Of a stretch of 64,000 nucleotides of DNA, positions 23,740 through 36,052 are shown one piece after another (position 1 is the stretch's first letter; every line of letters begins with the position of its first letter). The notes beneath the pieces are model-generated. The model was not told the origin of the DNA. It saw only the letters and a list, made by a program, of their open reading frames with translations, and did not search any database. A program made the position numbers and the translations under genes. The stretch spans positions 26,226,001-26,290,000 of the forward strand of contig NW_027361671.1 of the NCBI RefSeq assembly GCF_039654945.1. The letters are read 5' to 3'. The DNA comes from Dendrobates tinctorius (taxonomy: Eukaryota).

Positions 23740-26455
23740 CCTTATTCTCCTGCGGCTTGATTTCGCCCCTACCGACGAAATAACCTCATCAATCCCCATG
23801 GCACATTTCTTCAGGTTTATTGTAAACCCCACCTTCCTCAGTGCGTTCAGAACCACCTGGACCTTCTGCAGATGAATTTCCCAATCCGGGCTGAAGATCA
23901 CAATATTGTCTAGGTAAGCTGCAACATATTTCTTGTGAGGAGTTAGGACCCAATCCATGGCCCTATGGAAAGTGGCTGGGGCTCCTAGCAAATCAAAAAG
24001 CATCCTGGTGTATTGAAAACAACCATCAGGAGTACAGAAGGCCGTCTTCTCCTTGGTTGTTTGAGACATGGGGATTTGCCAGTACCCTTTCGTTAGGTCA
24101 AGGGTGGTGATGTATTTTGCTGATCCAACCTCTCTCTAACAATCATCATTACCTCTGCAATTCTCTCCTGTATCTGGGCCACATGCTTGATGATGCTCCG
24201 TTGTAGTGTAACTTCTGCTTCCCAGGTCTCCTTTGCAACATCCAGGAGACCCTGAGGGTTCCAGCCATACAACAGTTCAAATGGAGAGAACCCCGTTGAG
24301 GCCTGGGGACCTTCCTTGATGGAAAACAACAGATAAGGGAGTAGGCAGTACCAGTCTCAACCATCCTTCTCCATGACCTTCTTGAGCATGGCCTTCAGGA
24401 TTTTATTAAACCACTCCATCAGGCCGTCCGTTTGTGGATCGTATACCCATGTCCTGAGTTGCGTAATCTGGAGGACCTTGCACAACTCTCTTATCACTTT
24501 GGTCATTGATGGAGTTGCTTGGTCCGTCAGAATCTCCTTTGGTAGGCCGGTCTGGGAAAAGATATGGGCTAGTTCTTGGACTATACTTCTGTCTGAAGAG
24601 TATCTTAGGGGTACCGCCTCCAGGTACTGTGTCCATAGTCCTGGACGACCAGGATATACCGATGCCCACAGGTGGACTTTACCCACCTTCTGACTAGATC
24701 CATTGCAATGCGGTAAAAAAGGGGCCTCTATAATGGGTAACGGCACTAGGGAATTATGGAAGTGAGAGACCAGGGCAGTTAGGTGGCAATTGCGACAGGA
24801 CCTACAATAGTTTGAAATCTCTTGGTAACATCAGGGCCAGTAGAATCTACAAGGGATCCGTTATTGGTTCTTGTCTACAACCAGATGACCATCCAAGAAA
24901 TGAGAATTTGCTAGTTCTAACACACTACGCCTATAGGGCCCTGGTATTACCAGATGTTCTAATACCTCTCCCCCTAGCTTAGCCTAGCTTAGTCACCCAA
25001 TATTTCAAATTCCTGTTTACTGCAAAATGTGGAAGCCTGGTGTCAGCCCCCAGCTTTTAAGCAATTCCGTTTAACATGGTGACATGAACAAACACCCCAT
25101 TTAGCGTAAGGACATTCAGTTGAGCAGCCCCAAAGTTCTCCCCGGAAACCCCCAACTCAGGGATGTTGGCCTATTGGGTCGCTGTCTCGTCTGCAAGCAC
25201 ATACAGAGGAAACCCATCCGCCTCCGATGGGGTTTTTTTTACAGACGAACCTGCTATTATTGGAGTCACTTGGTACCTCCCCTTTTCACCATATTTCCCA
25301 GAATAAGGTAAAGTCCTGCCCTAATACAACCGGGTGTATCAGATCCTTGACCACTCTCACCTCATGGAACAGAATTCATTTCTATGATCACTCTGGCAAC
25401 AGGATAGTCCTTAGCATCCCCATGAATACAGCGGATGACCACAATCTTTTAAGGGATCAACTGATGGGGAAGGTGAACCTTATGAGGGTCCCTAGGTTCA
25501 CGATGTCTAAGAGTCCAGATACCAGTTCTCCATTTATTATCACAGGACATATCTGAAGCACCTTCTCGGGTTGACAGTACACACTTAAGGCCAGATGAGT
25601 GTAATATGAACTGCGCTGCCCTTGGCTGCAATCTATTGGTTCGGTGGACATGGGACAACAAGCGGCTATGTGTCCTGTACCCTGACACCTCCAACAAATT
25701 AAGTCCTTAACCCAGACCCTTGGCTAACCCGACCCTTGGCAACCTGATAACGGGCCCTTAGATGCCCCCATTTGTGGCTCTAGTACCCCTTTATTTTAAT
25801 CAGTCTCCTTTTGGGTACACCAGTCGGGGGATGCGATGACACTTGGTTTCACTATTTCACTTTTGAGGATCTCCCTGGGCAACCTAGGAAAAGCACGAAT
25901 AAACCTGTCCATTACTATGCATTCAACCATCTGGGCTGGGGGGGTGAACTCCATCTGCAATCACTTCTGAACTATATGTGGCAAATCAAACATTTGGAAG
26001 AGGGTAATTGTTGCTGAAATATGCCCAGTGGTGGACCCATTGTGCCCTGACAAAGTCACGCCGAGGCATGCCAATATGTATGTCTTTAGTTTGGCATATT
26101 CCTTTTCCGTCCTGTAAGGCGAGGTCATAATAAGCCTTTTGAGGTTCACCTGTTAGATAGGGCGCCAGCACCTGTGCCCACTGCTCTGGCCGCAGCCTCT
26201 CCCACTCTGCGACCCTTTCAAATACCGCCAAAAATGCCTCATCATTGTCCCCTTGGGTTATATTTTGCATGGCACGTCTTACCGCCTTCTGGTCGTGAGA
26301 GCTATTATCTGTACTTGGGGTGGGCGGTTTCTCTGCTGCAGACATCCCCTGCTAGGAGTTCCATCTGCCATTGCTCCTGTTGTATCTGTTGTATCAGGAG
26401 TTTAATTGTCTCCTGTTGGTGCTGCTGGCTTTGGGCCAGATCCAGGCTTTGGATC
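23740..26455 (-). mobile_element. Degenerate Gmr1-like Gypsy internal region (gag/SCAN-like, PR, INT, RT order)
   Basis: Minus strand order: EAFLAVFERVA...WAQVLAPYLTGEPQKAY (~26300-26100); VSGLLD protease (~25500); integrase GLPKEILTDQ...PQTDGLMEWFN (24746-24357); then RT KTAFCTPDG...YLDNIVIFS (24069-23737). No LTRs found. Confidence 0.85.
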
Positions 26456-26459
26456 TGAT

Positions 26460-27276
26460 CATCGCCTGTATGTCGCAGAGCCAATCAAATTATGGCAGCT
26501 TCTAGTCTCCCATGGAGACTATTGAAGCATGCCAAAAGTAAAAAAAAATGTTTTTAAAAATATATAAAAAAAAATATAAAAGTTCAAATCACCCCACTTT
26601 CGCCCCATTCAAAATAAAAAAAACCTCAAACATAAACATATTTGGTATCGCCGCGTTCAGAATTGCCCGATTTATCAAAATAAAAAAAGAATTAACCCGA
26701 TCGCTAAACGGCGTAATGAGAAAAAGAGTCAAAACGCCAGAATTACGTTTTTTGGTCGCCGCAACATTGCATTGAAATGCAATAATGAGCGGTCAAAAGA
26801 TTGTATCTGTACCAAGATTGTATCATTAAAAATGTCTGCTAGGCACGCAAAAAATAAGCCTTCATCCAACCTGAGATCACGAAAAATGTTGACGCTACGG
26901 GTATCGGAAAATGGCGCTTCTTTTTTTAACAAACTTTTGATTTTTTTTCACCACTTAAATAAAAAAATAACCTAGATACTGTATGTTGGTGTCCATGAAC
27001 TTGTAATGACCTGGAGAATCAGAATTGCTGGTCAGTTTTAGCATTTAGTGAACATACAGTAGTAAAAAAGAAAAACAAAAAGACAATTGTATAATTACGC
27101 TTTTTTTGCAATTTCACCACACTTGGAATTTTTTCCCGTTTTCCAGTAAACAATAGGTTAAAAACAATAGAGTCGTTCAAAAGTACAACTTGTCCCGCAA
27201 AAAAACAATTGCCATTTTGACCGAAAAATATAAAAGTTATGGCTCTGGGAAGAAGGGGAGCAAAGAACGAAAACAT
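26460..27276. mobile_element. Fragment of non-autonomous piggyBac-type element
   Basis: Colinear and highly similar to ~57470-58270 (aagttcaaatcacccc, catatttggtatc, gtaatgacctggagaatca, aaagtacaact). Confidence 0.75.
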
Positions 27277-27774
27277 TATATAAATACAAGCAGTATAACA
27301 TAACCTTGGATCAATTCAAAAACTAAAGTTTTATTTTTTAAGCAGTAGGTAAAGCTTTTACTAGCTTTCATTTACTAATATACAATCATGCTCTTGAAAA
27401 ATGAAGGTTGGCAGAAATTCTGCTAACCTTTACTAAATGCTGTAAACTGTTATTAAGGAGCCACAATTAGTTAGAAAACAACTGAAAGGAAAATTTAACT
27501 TCCCAAATAACACCAGAGCAGCAGAGGGTATTTATTATACTGTGTATACTGTATAGTCTAAAACTTGTAACATTTTCATGAAGCACTTTTGAAACTTTAT
27601 GATTAACAGGCAATAAGTACTTTCCTCTACACTGCAAAAACTGGTGGAGATCTGTGATTGTTCATCAGAAATGTGAACAACTATTTAATAACATTTAATA
27701 ACAGTGTTCTGTGTATGAAAAAAACAAATGAGAAATTATTATTGCAACATTATTTCAAAGGCTTACCTACTTAA

Positions 27775-28040
27775 AAAGAACCTGCCATATGAAAAAAAGC
27801 TATTATCCTGCAGATATGGGGTTAATCTGCAGGTTTATAGAATTCTGACATTGTTCGGTGCCAGGACTGACAGCCCCGCTCAAGGGAGGATAATAACTTT
27901 TATCACCCCAGCATCGTTCGGCTTCCAGTCATAGGGGTAGCGCAGGCACTATTTCAGCCACTTCTCAGTGTATAAAGAACTGCGACTGCAACTGTACCCC
28001 CTGCACTGACTGACAGCTGGACCTATTACTGCGCCTGTAC
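27775..28040. mobile_element. T2/Kolobok-type MITE, left portion
   Basis: ttaa|aaagaacctgcca start with cctgcagatatggggttaatctgcagg hairpin; right end not found. Confidence 0.5.
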
Positions 28041-28049
28041 CCATTAAGA

Positions 28050-29522
28050 AGTACTGATTATTCAGTACTTTATCAGAGGAGAAAAAAGGCACCTGGAAGT
28101 CTGGGTGACCTCCTAAACAATCACCTAGACCTAGGCATTTCTCAACGACTTACTTGCTTTAGGACGAGTTGGGTAGTTCTTCAGAAAATGTCCAGCGAGT
28201 CTACAGTAGAAATGGAGTCCTAGATGGTGCTAACATTTCCTTTCCATAGCATGAGAATTGGTGGTTCCAACCTCCTTTGGCGTGACCTCGGGTAACCGGA
28301 CATGCTCAGGGGGAATATAAAAGGCATCCTGCTGCTCACATCTCTCACAAATTCTGCGGTCCATTCGTATGGCCTGGGTCATGGCCTCCACCAAAGAACA
28401 AGGCAGAGCATCAAGAGCCAGAGCATCCTTAAGAGCTTCGGGAAAGGCCCCTATGGAACTGGCACCTGAGGGCCGCATTGTCCAACTGAACCTCAGTGGA
28501 CAGTTGCAGGAATTCGGTACTATATTCCTCATTGGCGCAGCTCCCCTGTGTCAAATTTATGATCTTAGCCTTTGTGACCTGGATTCTGTCTGGTTTGTCA
28601 TAAATTACACCTAAGGTGTCAAAGAAGACATCAACAGAAACCCACTCTTGAGCTTGGGGTAATAAAGGAAATGCCCAGGTCTTATTTCTACCTGCTGGGA
28701 CTCAACCCCTGAAGAAGGGGAGGTTGCAGGGTAAAAAATAGGTTACAGGTCTCCCTGAACACCTTAAACTGGTTTTTCTCTCCCAAAATGTTTCAGGGAG
28801 GGCCAATACAGTTTTGAGAGAGATCAACTACATGTCTTAGGGTACAGATATCACAGTCACAGCTGGCAGCGGAGAGCTATAGGGCGCTTTCATCAAACTG
28901 ACCCTGCAACTGCAATTGCGATAATTCAAGATCTCGGTATTCTTTAGCCAGATCCTGAATCATTTGTGGCAGATTTGACACCTGATCACAAAATGTATGT
29001 ACTAGATCCATATTGGGAAAAAAAATGTAACTGCAAGTCGTAATGTAACGCTGAGTAACTTCTCACAGACAAGTGGTGAGGCAGGAAAGTCAAGGAGTCC
29101 AAGGTCAAATGCCAGGAGAATACGTCAAAGACAAAAGGGATAAGGCAAACGTATAGTCAAAGGCAAAGTGAACGGTCAAGCCACTATGATCAGAGTAAGC
29201 CAAAGGCAAAAGGGGTAATACAAACAGGCAAATCTGAGGTCTGGCAACAAAGATCAGAATATCAGATACAGAGCAAACACACCACCGAGCAAGGCTATTA
29301 TTCACAATGGTCTGATCATTGCCAGCCAGCTAATTAGCCAGGTAATCACCCTGAACAGGTGACATCTGGGTGAAACCAAGCAGGCTCAGACAGAGCCTGC
29401 TTGATAGTCTCTTGGCTCTAGCTGCTGTGTGAATCCTGATACCACAGTTGGTCTGCAGAGCTTCAGGAAGGAAGATATAGCTGTGCTGGCTTCTCAGGAT
29501 CATTGGTCCCGAACACATCACA
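28050..29522 (-). mobile_element. Truncated second sushi-like Gypsy: LTR (~29044-29522) plus decayed gag
   Basis: ORF 28230-28532 (LKDALAL...SLVEAMTQAIRMDRRI) matches the gag of 14578-20156 (TLEDAMMQAVRMDWRL). ATG at ~29011 lies next to a tgtaac...catcaca LTR-like block. Confidence 0.72.
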
Positions 29523-29713
29523 CTTTATAAGGTTGGTATGTAATGTTTTTAGTCATTACTATTGTTTATTTAGCTTGTTTTATGAATGGATAGAGAAAGG
29601 TTTGTGGATATTTCATATAAATAAGGCAGATTTTCTTACAAATGAAAGTGTGCTTCTCAGGCACATTGTTCCCTAATGCATATTCTCTCTCTTGCTTCAG
29701 ATTATCTTCTGAA

Positions 29714-30630
29714 ATGGAGAAGAAAATGTATGATCTTTCAAAACCCCATCATGTTGAGGAAGTGGGAAACATGCTGTTAGATGATGATGATGATGCAGAC
29801 CCCACAATGAATGAGGATTTTGAAGAAAGTGAGATTGATTCTCATGATGAGGTGGAAGTCTGTGAACTAAATTCTGAAACAGAGCAAGATGGTGACAGTG
29901 ATGAGGCGGAAGAAGATATAGAATCTTATTATATGGGAAAAGATAAAAAACCAAATGGAACAAGAATCCACCCATAAAAAAACGTATGGAACCTCATAAC
30001 ATTATCACTCACCTTCCCGCAGTTATGGGAACAGCACGTAATGCAAAAAATGCAGCTGAATGCTGGAATACTTTTTTCACAGATGACATTCTGGACTCTA
30101 TTGTCATATACACTAATCAATATATAGACAATATAAAGCACAAGTTCATCTGTGACAGAATCCTGAAGCCCACGGATGAAATCGAACTGCGTGAATTTTT
30201 TGGATTATTGTACCTTGCAGGAGCTTATAGGGCAAATCGGCAAAGTTTGGAGGAACTTTGGGGTATAGAAAGTGATGGAATTGAAAAATTTAGCCTTGTT
30301 ATGTCTCTAAAAAGATTCAAGGTTCTAATTCGTTGCCTTCGGTTTGATGACAGAACTGATGACAAAAAATTGGCCCATGAACTAATGCTTGGAGAGCTAC
30401 GCAGGAGAAGTATGAAAACCATCGGTATCCCCTCTGGCCTTCAAGTTAGGCTCAAAAGATTCCGCCCAGATATTGATACTGAAAATCCAACACCTGTACC
30501 ACCTCCCAAAAGAAGGAGATGCACCACCTGCACCATGGAAAGCGGGAACAGAAGGCTTTCTAATTATGAATGTCTCAAATGTCGTCATGCAATCTGCCTG
30601 ACACATGCAAAAATGTATTGCAATTCTTGA
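29714..30630 (+). pseudogene. piggyBac transposase with catalytic core deleted (element ~29525-30990)
   Basis: Acidic N-terminus; FFTDDILDSIVIYTN, ELREFFGLLYLAG and MSLKRFKVLIRCLRFDD joined directly to the C-terminal Cys-rich domain RRRCTTC...CLKCRHAICLTH. Frameshift near 29950. Confidence 0.87.
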
Positions 30631-30993
30631 ACTTTGCTTTGCAAATGTGTTTTTTCTGGGGAACCTTCAGGATCTAATTCAGATTAATTCGGTGTGTAAT
30701 ATTAGTCTAGGTGCCTAGAAAATGTTTTTGTGCCAAAATATTCTCATTTTAATAACCGTTACTTGATATCTTTGGGGGCTATTTGGTGGGAGTTTTGAAA
30801 TTTGTGTATATCAAATTTATTACTTTTATGTTGAGTAAATGGGTTTGTTTTGCACCTGATAATGTGTAGTCTCTTTTATTACATCCCTATGAAGATCTCT
30901 GATCACTTTTAGATCACTGAAATTGAGAAAATTAGATATTCTAGGCATTTTTCTAGCTTGCGCTTGACAGGCACATTGTTCCATTACGAGTTA

Positions 30994-31656
30994 AGGCCCC
31001 GTCACACTAAGCGACTCACCAGCGATCCCGACACCGATATGAAGGTGTCAGGATCGCTGGTAAGTCGCTATGTGATCACTGGTGAGCTGTCACACAGACA
31101 GCTTCACCAGCGATCAGCACAGCGACGCCGAGCGCCTGGCATCGCTGGCTATCGCTGTAGAAAATAGTATCAAAATAAAAAATATAGTTATTCTCACCTT
31201 CCGACGTCCCGTTCAGCCATCCTGCCTCTCTCCACGCTCCGGTCCCAGTGATCCTTTGCACGAATGACCGCAAGATGTCACGGTCTTGCGGGATAACAAA
31301 GTCTCGCGGTCATTCATGCAAAGGATCACTGGGACCGGAGCGTGGAGAGAGGCAGGATGGCTGAACGGGACATCGGAAGGTGAGAATAACTATATTTTTT
31401 ATTTTTTTTGATTATTTTTTTACACCTGATCGCTGGTCTCCCGCTGTCACACACAGCGATGCGTGCTGGCCAGCGGGAGACCAGCGACCAAAGAAATGTC
31501 CAGAGGTTTCTTGCAGCGATCAGCGATACCGGCAGGGGGGCCGCTCGCTGATCGCTGTCACACACAGCGATCTCGCTGGTGAGATCGCTGTTACGTCACA
31601 AAAGTTGTGACTCAGCAGCGATCTTGCTACCGAGATTGCTTAGTGAGACGGGGCCT
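30994..31656. mobile_element. PIF/Harbinger-type MITE with long internal palindrome
   Basis: TIRs aggccccgtcacactaagc / gcttagtgagacggggcct; TTA on both flanks. Confidence 0.85.
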
Positions 31657-31719
31657 TTAGTGCGATATGTACACACACACACACAGTCATGAGGAAAAGT
31701 ATACCCTTTCGAATTCCAT

Positions 31720-33455
31720 GGTTTTATATAGAAATATATGGGGCCCATTACACTGTATGGAGCAATATATGGGGGTAATTTTACTATATGAAGCACTATG
31801 TGGGGCCTGTAATGAATGGGTCACCGAGGAAGATAGCAGGCCAGGCTAAGCCACAGAAAACAAGATAGGTTGGTAACTAAGCAGATGCAGACCCCTGATC
31901 CTGTCCACACAACTAGCAGTAGCCGTGGAGCGTACCTACGATGATCCTAGATGCCTCTGCACAGCCGGAGAGCTAACTAAGCCTAAAGCAAGAAAGGGGA
32001 AATCTAAGCTGCCCTGGAGCAGACTCCCAAAGGAATAGATAGCCCCCAAACATATATTGTCGGTGAGACAAGATGAAAACACAAACGCAGGCAGAAAAAT
32101 AGACTGAGCAAACGATGGGACCCACACTGACAGGACAGGAAAGGAAAGACACTGTCTGCAATCACGCAAAAAACCCTGCATAAAGTCCAACACATCTGAT
32201 GCACAAAAACACTGAAGTCGCACAACTTCACCCCACTATATCAGCACTCTGGTATATTCTCAAATCAAAACAAAAAGAGACCAATATAAAAGGGGACAAA
32301 ACAAACTGGCACATGCAGTAACATATGGGCGGTGATTCAGCTCTGCCCCAGCCGGAGCTAGCTGACCCGCACAAAGCAGAGATACACAAAACCAGATCAA
32401 ATGCAAACAGAATAGCAAATGAACCACTTAGCTGAACATGCAGGGAAAGAGCAGGAGACATCAGACCTCAGCAGAAACAGGAAGAAAATCACCAGCAGGT
32501 ATAGAGGGAGTCAGCTGTCTTAAATACCAATCAGAAACCCCAGATCTCCAATCGTCTTCCTCATTATCAGGTGGCAAGCCTCGGTCAATCAGATCAGCTC
32601 CACTACCTCCAGTACCCACCAGAGGGAGCCCAGAAAGAGAGCTCTCAATCTGACCAGCTCCACTATCTTTAGTAATCACCAGAGGGAAGCCAGAGAGAGA
32701 ATTCACACCAGGGGCCATTATACTATATGGAGCAATATATGGGGCCCATTATTCTGCATGTAGCAATATAAGGAACCCATTATACTCTATGGAACAATAT
32801 ATGGGGCCCATTATACTGTATGGAGCAATATATGGGGGTAATTTTACTGTATGGAGCACTATGTGGGGTCAATATATTGCATGGAGCAATGTATGGGGCC
32901 CAGTATACTGTATGGAGCAAAATATGAGGACCATTATTGTGTATGGAGCAATATATGGGACCCATTATACTGTATGGAGCCATATATGGGGCCTATTATT
33001 CTGTATGGAGCAATATATGGGACCGATTATGCTGTATGGAACAACATAAAGGGCCCATTATAATGTATGGAGCAATATATGGGACCCATTATTCTGTATG
33101 GAGAAATATATAGGACCCATTATACTGTATGGAGCCATATAAGGGGCCCATTATACTGTATGGAGCAATATATGGGACCCATTATTCTGTGTGGAGAAAT
33201 ATATAGGACCCATTATACTGTATGGAGCCATATAAGGGGCCCATTATACTGTATGGAGCAATATATGGGACCCATTATTCTGTATGGAGAAATATATAGG
33301 ACCCATTATACTGTATGGAGCCATATAAGGGGCCCATTATTCTGTATGGAACACTATATGGGGCCCATTAAACTATATGAAGCAATATATGGGACCCATT
33401 ATACCGTAGGGAACGATATATGGGTCCCATTATACTGTATGGAGCAATATATGAG
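31720..33455. repeat. 31-bp minisatellite array split by a solo LTR
   Basis: Unit ggggcccattatactgtatggagcaatatat at ~31720-31807 and 32711-33455. Confidence 0.92.
31808..32710. mobile_element. Solo LTR (Gypsy-type)
   Basis: tgtaatg...ttcacacca (TG...CA) flanked by ggggcc on both sides, cleanly interrupting the minisatellite. Confidence 0.8.
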
Positions 33456-35235
33456 GCTGGAGTAAGCTATATAGCAAGGTGCACACATAGGTGAATAATG
33501 GCAGTCTTGTTGAATTGAACCCCAAAAATCTTTTAGAAAGCTTTCCCAGGAGAGTGGAAGATGTTTCAGCTTGAAAGGGCCGACAGACTCCATATTAATG
33601 TCTACGGATTTAGAATTGGATGTCATAAAAGTTCCTGTAAATGTCATATGCAGCTGTCTCAATAGTTTTGTCTGTATAGAGTCTACTGTATATAGATTTT
33701 TATGCAGTAATATGTGAATACAGAGCACAGTTACCCATGATCCATCACTTGCTGGATTGTTGAAAGCTGCATCTATTCTATCAGGTAATTCTCCCAATCT
33801 GAACTAGGACTATATATGGTGCATGCCTAAATACTGGGATTTTATAATGATTTCAGGTACAAGGGTAATGCAGTTTCCTGTATATATACGTTTACATTTA
33901 CATATGTTAGCTTGCATAATCAGATATACCCATCTAGTATAATAAAACATTGGCTAATCGACAGATTATTGGCCTTTCTCCTCGCAATGTATAGCTACCT
34001 CCTTTAGGTTAAAGACACAATTAAAATTCTCCTTGAGCATAAAGGAGGCTGCCTTAAAAAGGTTAAATCTCCAGAATGAATTAGAAAATCTCCAGGGTCG
34101 AGAAACTCCCAGTGCTGATAGTCAGGCTCCTTGTGCATGATGCCACAACTTCTGCACATTCTGGGGGCATTAAAGAGAAATAAAGGAAGCATGGAAGAGA
34201 CATTGAGGAATAGCTAGAAAGTGACGTGACTCCATGCACCGCTCACTAAAACCCACCCATAAACGTTGTGAAATATGGTTAATGACATGGGGGCACTGGT
34301 CCTGTACAATGAGTGCTCTACACAACCACAAATAAAAGTGGACCTGGGAAAATTCAGAAATGAATATAGCAGTGGAAACATGTTGTATTGGTGTGCATGC
34401 CCGATCCTTATAGTGGCCCTGGATGAATAAGATGCTCATACCATGGAGTCGGATTCTCTAGATATAACCCTTTAAATGAATCAAGCTGTCCAACCCTGCT
34501 GCTGAAAGGAGAATAATCTCATGCCTACACCCAAATTTATGTTGCAGAAAACACTAATGGCCCCAGGCTTATGTTGCAATTGGTACGAATCCTGTTGCTA
34601 ATCAGTTGGCTTCCAAATTCCATGGTTGTCTAATAAAAAAGAAAAATAACACATTTGAAAAAAAAAAAAAACAACAAAAAACTGTGACCGAATCAATTAC
34701 TTTAAATCGTAAATTGGATTCAATTCAGTTTTCAAATTACACAGCAAAATTCAAATATTCATAGGAATGCTATCCATTAGAAAACTATTGACTGTTTTAT
34801 AACAGGCTGCATCTCTTTTACAGATTGCCAGAAAAAGCAGTTTATAGCATGCTGTCGGGTGCTCAGGGAAACTGGACAGAATTTAGGATAAAACTCCAGC
34901 CAAAATTAATATACTTGGGCTTATCTACTGTACTATTCTACATGGGCTAGAAATCTTGTTTGATTTGTGCCCCCAAAAACCCTCAATTTTATGCCTTGCA
35001 CCACATTTATTATGTGCTTTAGACAAATTAGAGATGTGTGACAAAAGAAAGTGACCAACCGAAAAGTGGATACAGAAAAGGAGTAGCCTAAATTGTGATA
35101 TTGTGTGAATTGCACCCTAAAAGCTAGTCCAAAGATGCGCCAAATTTTGCATTGTCTAAAAGTTAAAAAGCTTTAGTAAGTCACCTCTACTGAGTTTTGA
35201 CTGGAGGCTGAAGAGAACTGTATGTATTTGGTAAA

Positions 35236-35490
35236 AGTGGTTAGCACTGCAGCCTTGCAGAGCTGGAGTCCTGGGTTCGACTCCCACCAAGGACAACATC
35301 TGCAAGGAGTTTGTATGTTCTCCCCGAGTTTGCGTGGGTTTCCTCTGGTTACTCCAGTTTCCTCCCACACTCCAAAGACATACTGATAGGGAATTTAGAT
35401 TGTGAGCCCCATCGGGGACAGCGATGATAATGTGTGCAAGCTGTAAAGTGCTGCAGAATATGTTAGTGCTATATAAAGATTATTATTATT
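35236..35490 (+). mobile_element. tRNA-derived V-SINE, slightly 5'-truncated
   Basis: B box ggttcgactcc; V-domain-like gtttgcgtgggtttcctc...tttcctcccacactccaaagacat; LINE-like tail ending (att)n. Confidence 0.88.
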
Positions 35491-36052
35491 AAAAAAGATG
35501 GAGTCGCAGTGTCATGCAAAACCTTCTTGGGCCACAACAGTTAAAAAAAGTAAATAAATATCAGCCGCTAAGACGGAAAACTAACAAGAAGCGCCGGCCT
35601 AGTAAGTAGTGCTCAAGTTTATAACACTCATACGTAAATTCAGATTATCTGCTTAAGAAGTGAGAAGAAAAATGAGAAGTGTTACCTTAGATCTGTCTTC
35701 CACCAGCTTACATATTTGAACCCATTGTAATTTTTGGTACGCTTTAATCTATGTGCACATACTAGATTACCCCCAAACAGAAACCAGCATTGAGTGGAGA
35801 AAGTAATGCAACTAAAAAATTTTAAGTAGTCTTGGGTTACAATACTTGGACTTTATAATGTTCTTGTGGATGTGCCATAACATCCTAAATGGGCATTCAT
35901 ATCATAAAGCATCCAGCATTACCTATCTGTGGAACATGTGGTTGGCAGGGTGACCCGGTGTAACAGGCCATGGTATAGCCCGAGTCCAGACTATAGCTGG
36001 GGTTAAAGTGGCCTAGGCTTGAGTTTCCCCCCGGGTATATTATGGTCTAGGT

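Noticed and set aside
25986-26345. Host SCAN zinc-finger gene
   Set aside because: No C2H2 array; followed by protease, integrase and RT remnants.
32789-33465. Repetitive ORFs, or a CRISPR-like array
   Set aside because: Head-to-tail 31-bp minisatellite with no unique spacers and no cas genes, in eukaryotic context; the ORFs are by-products.
35686-35811. Possible 126-bp minus-strand coding exon (AG...GTAAC, one open frame)
   Set aside because: Weak acceptor, unrecognisable peptide and no partner exons.
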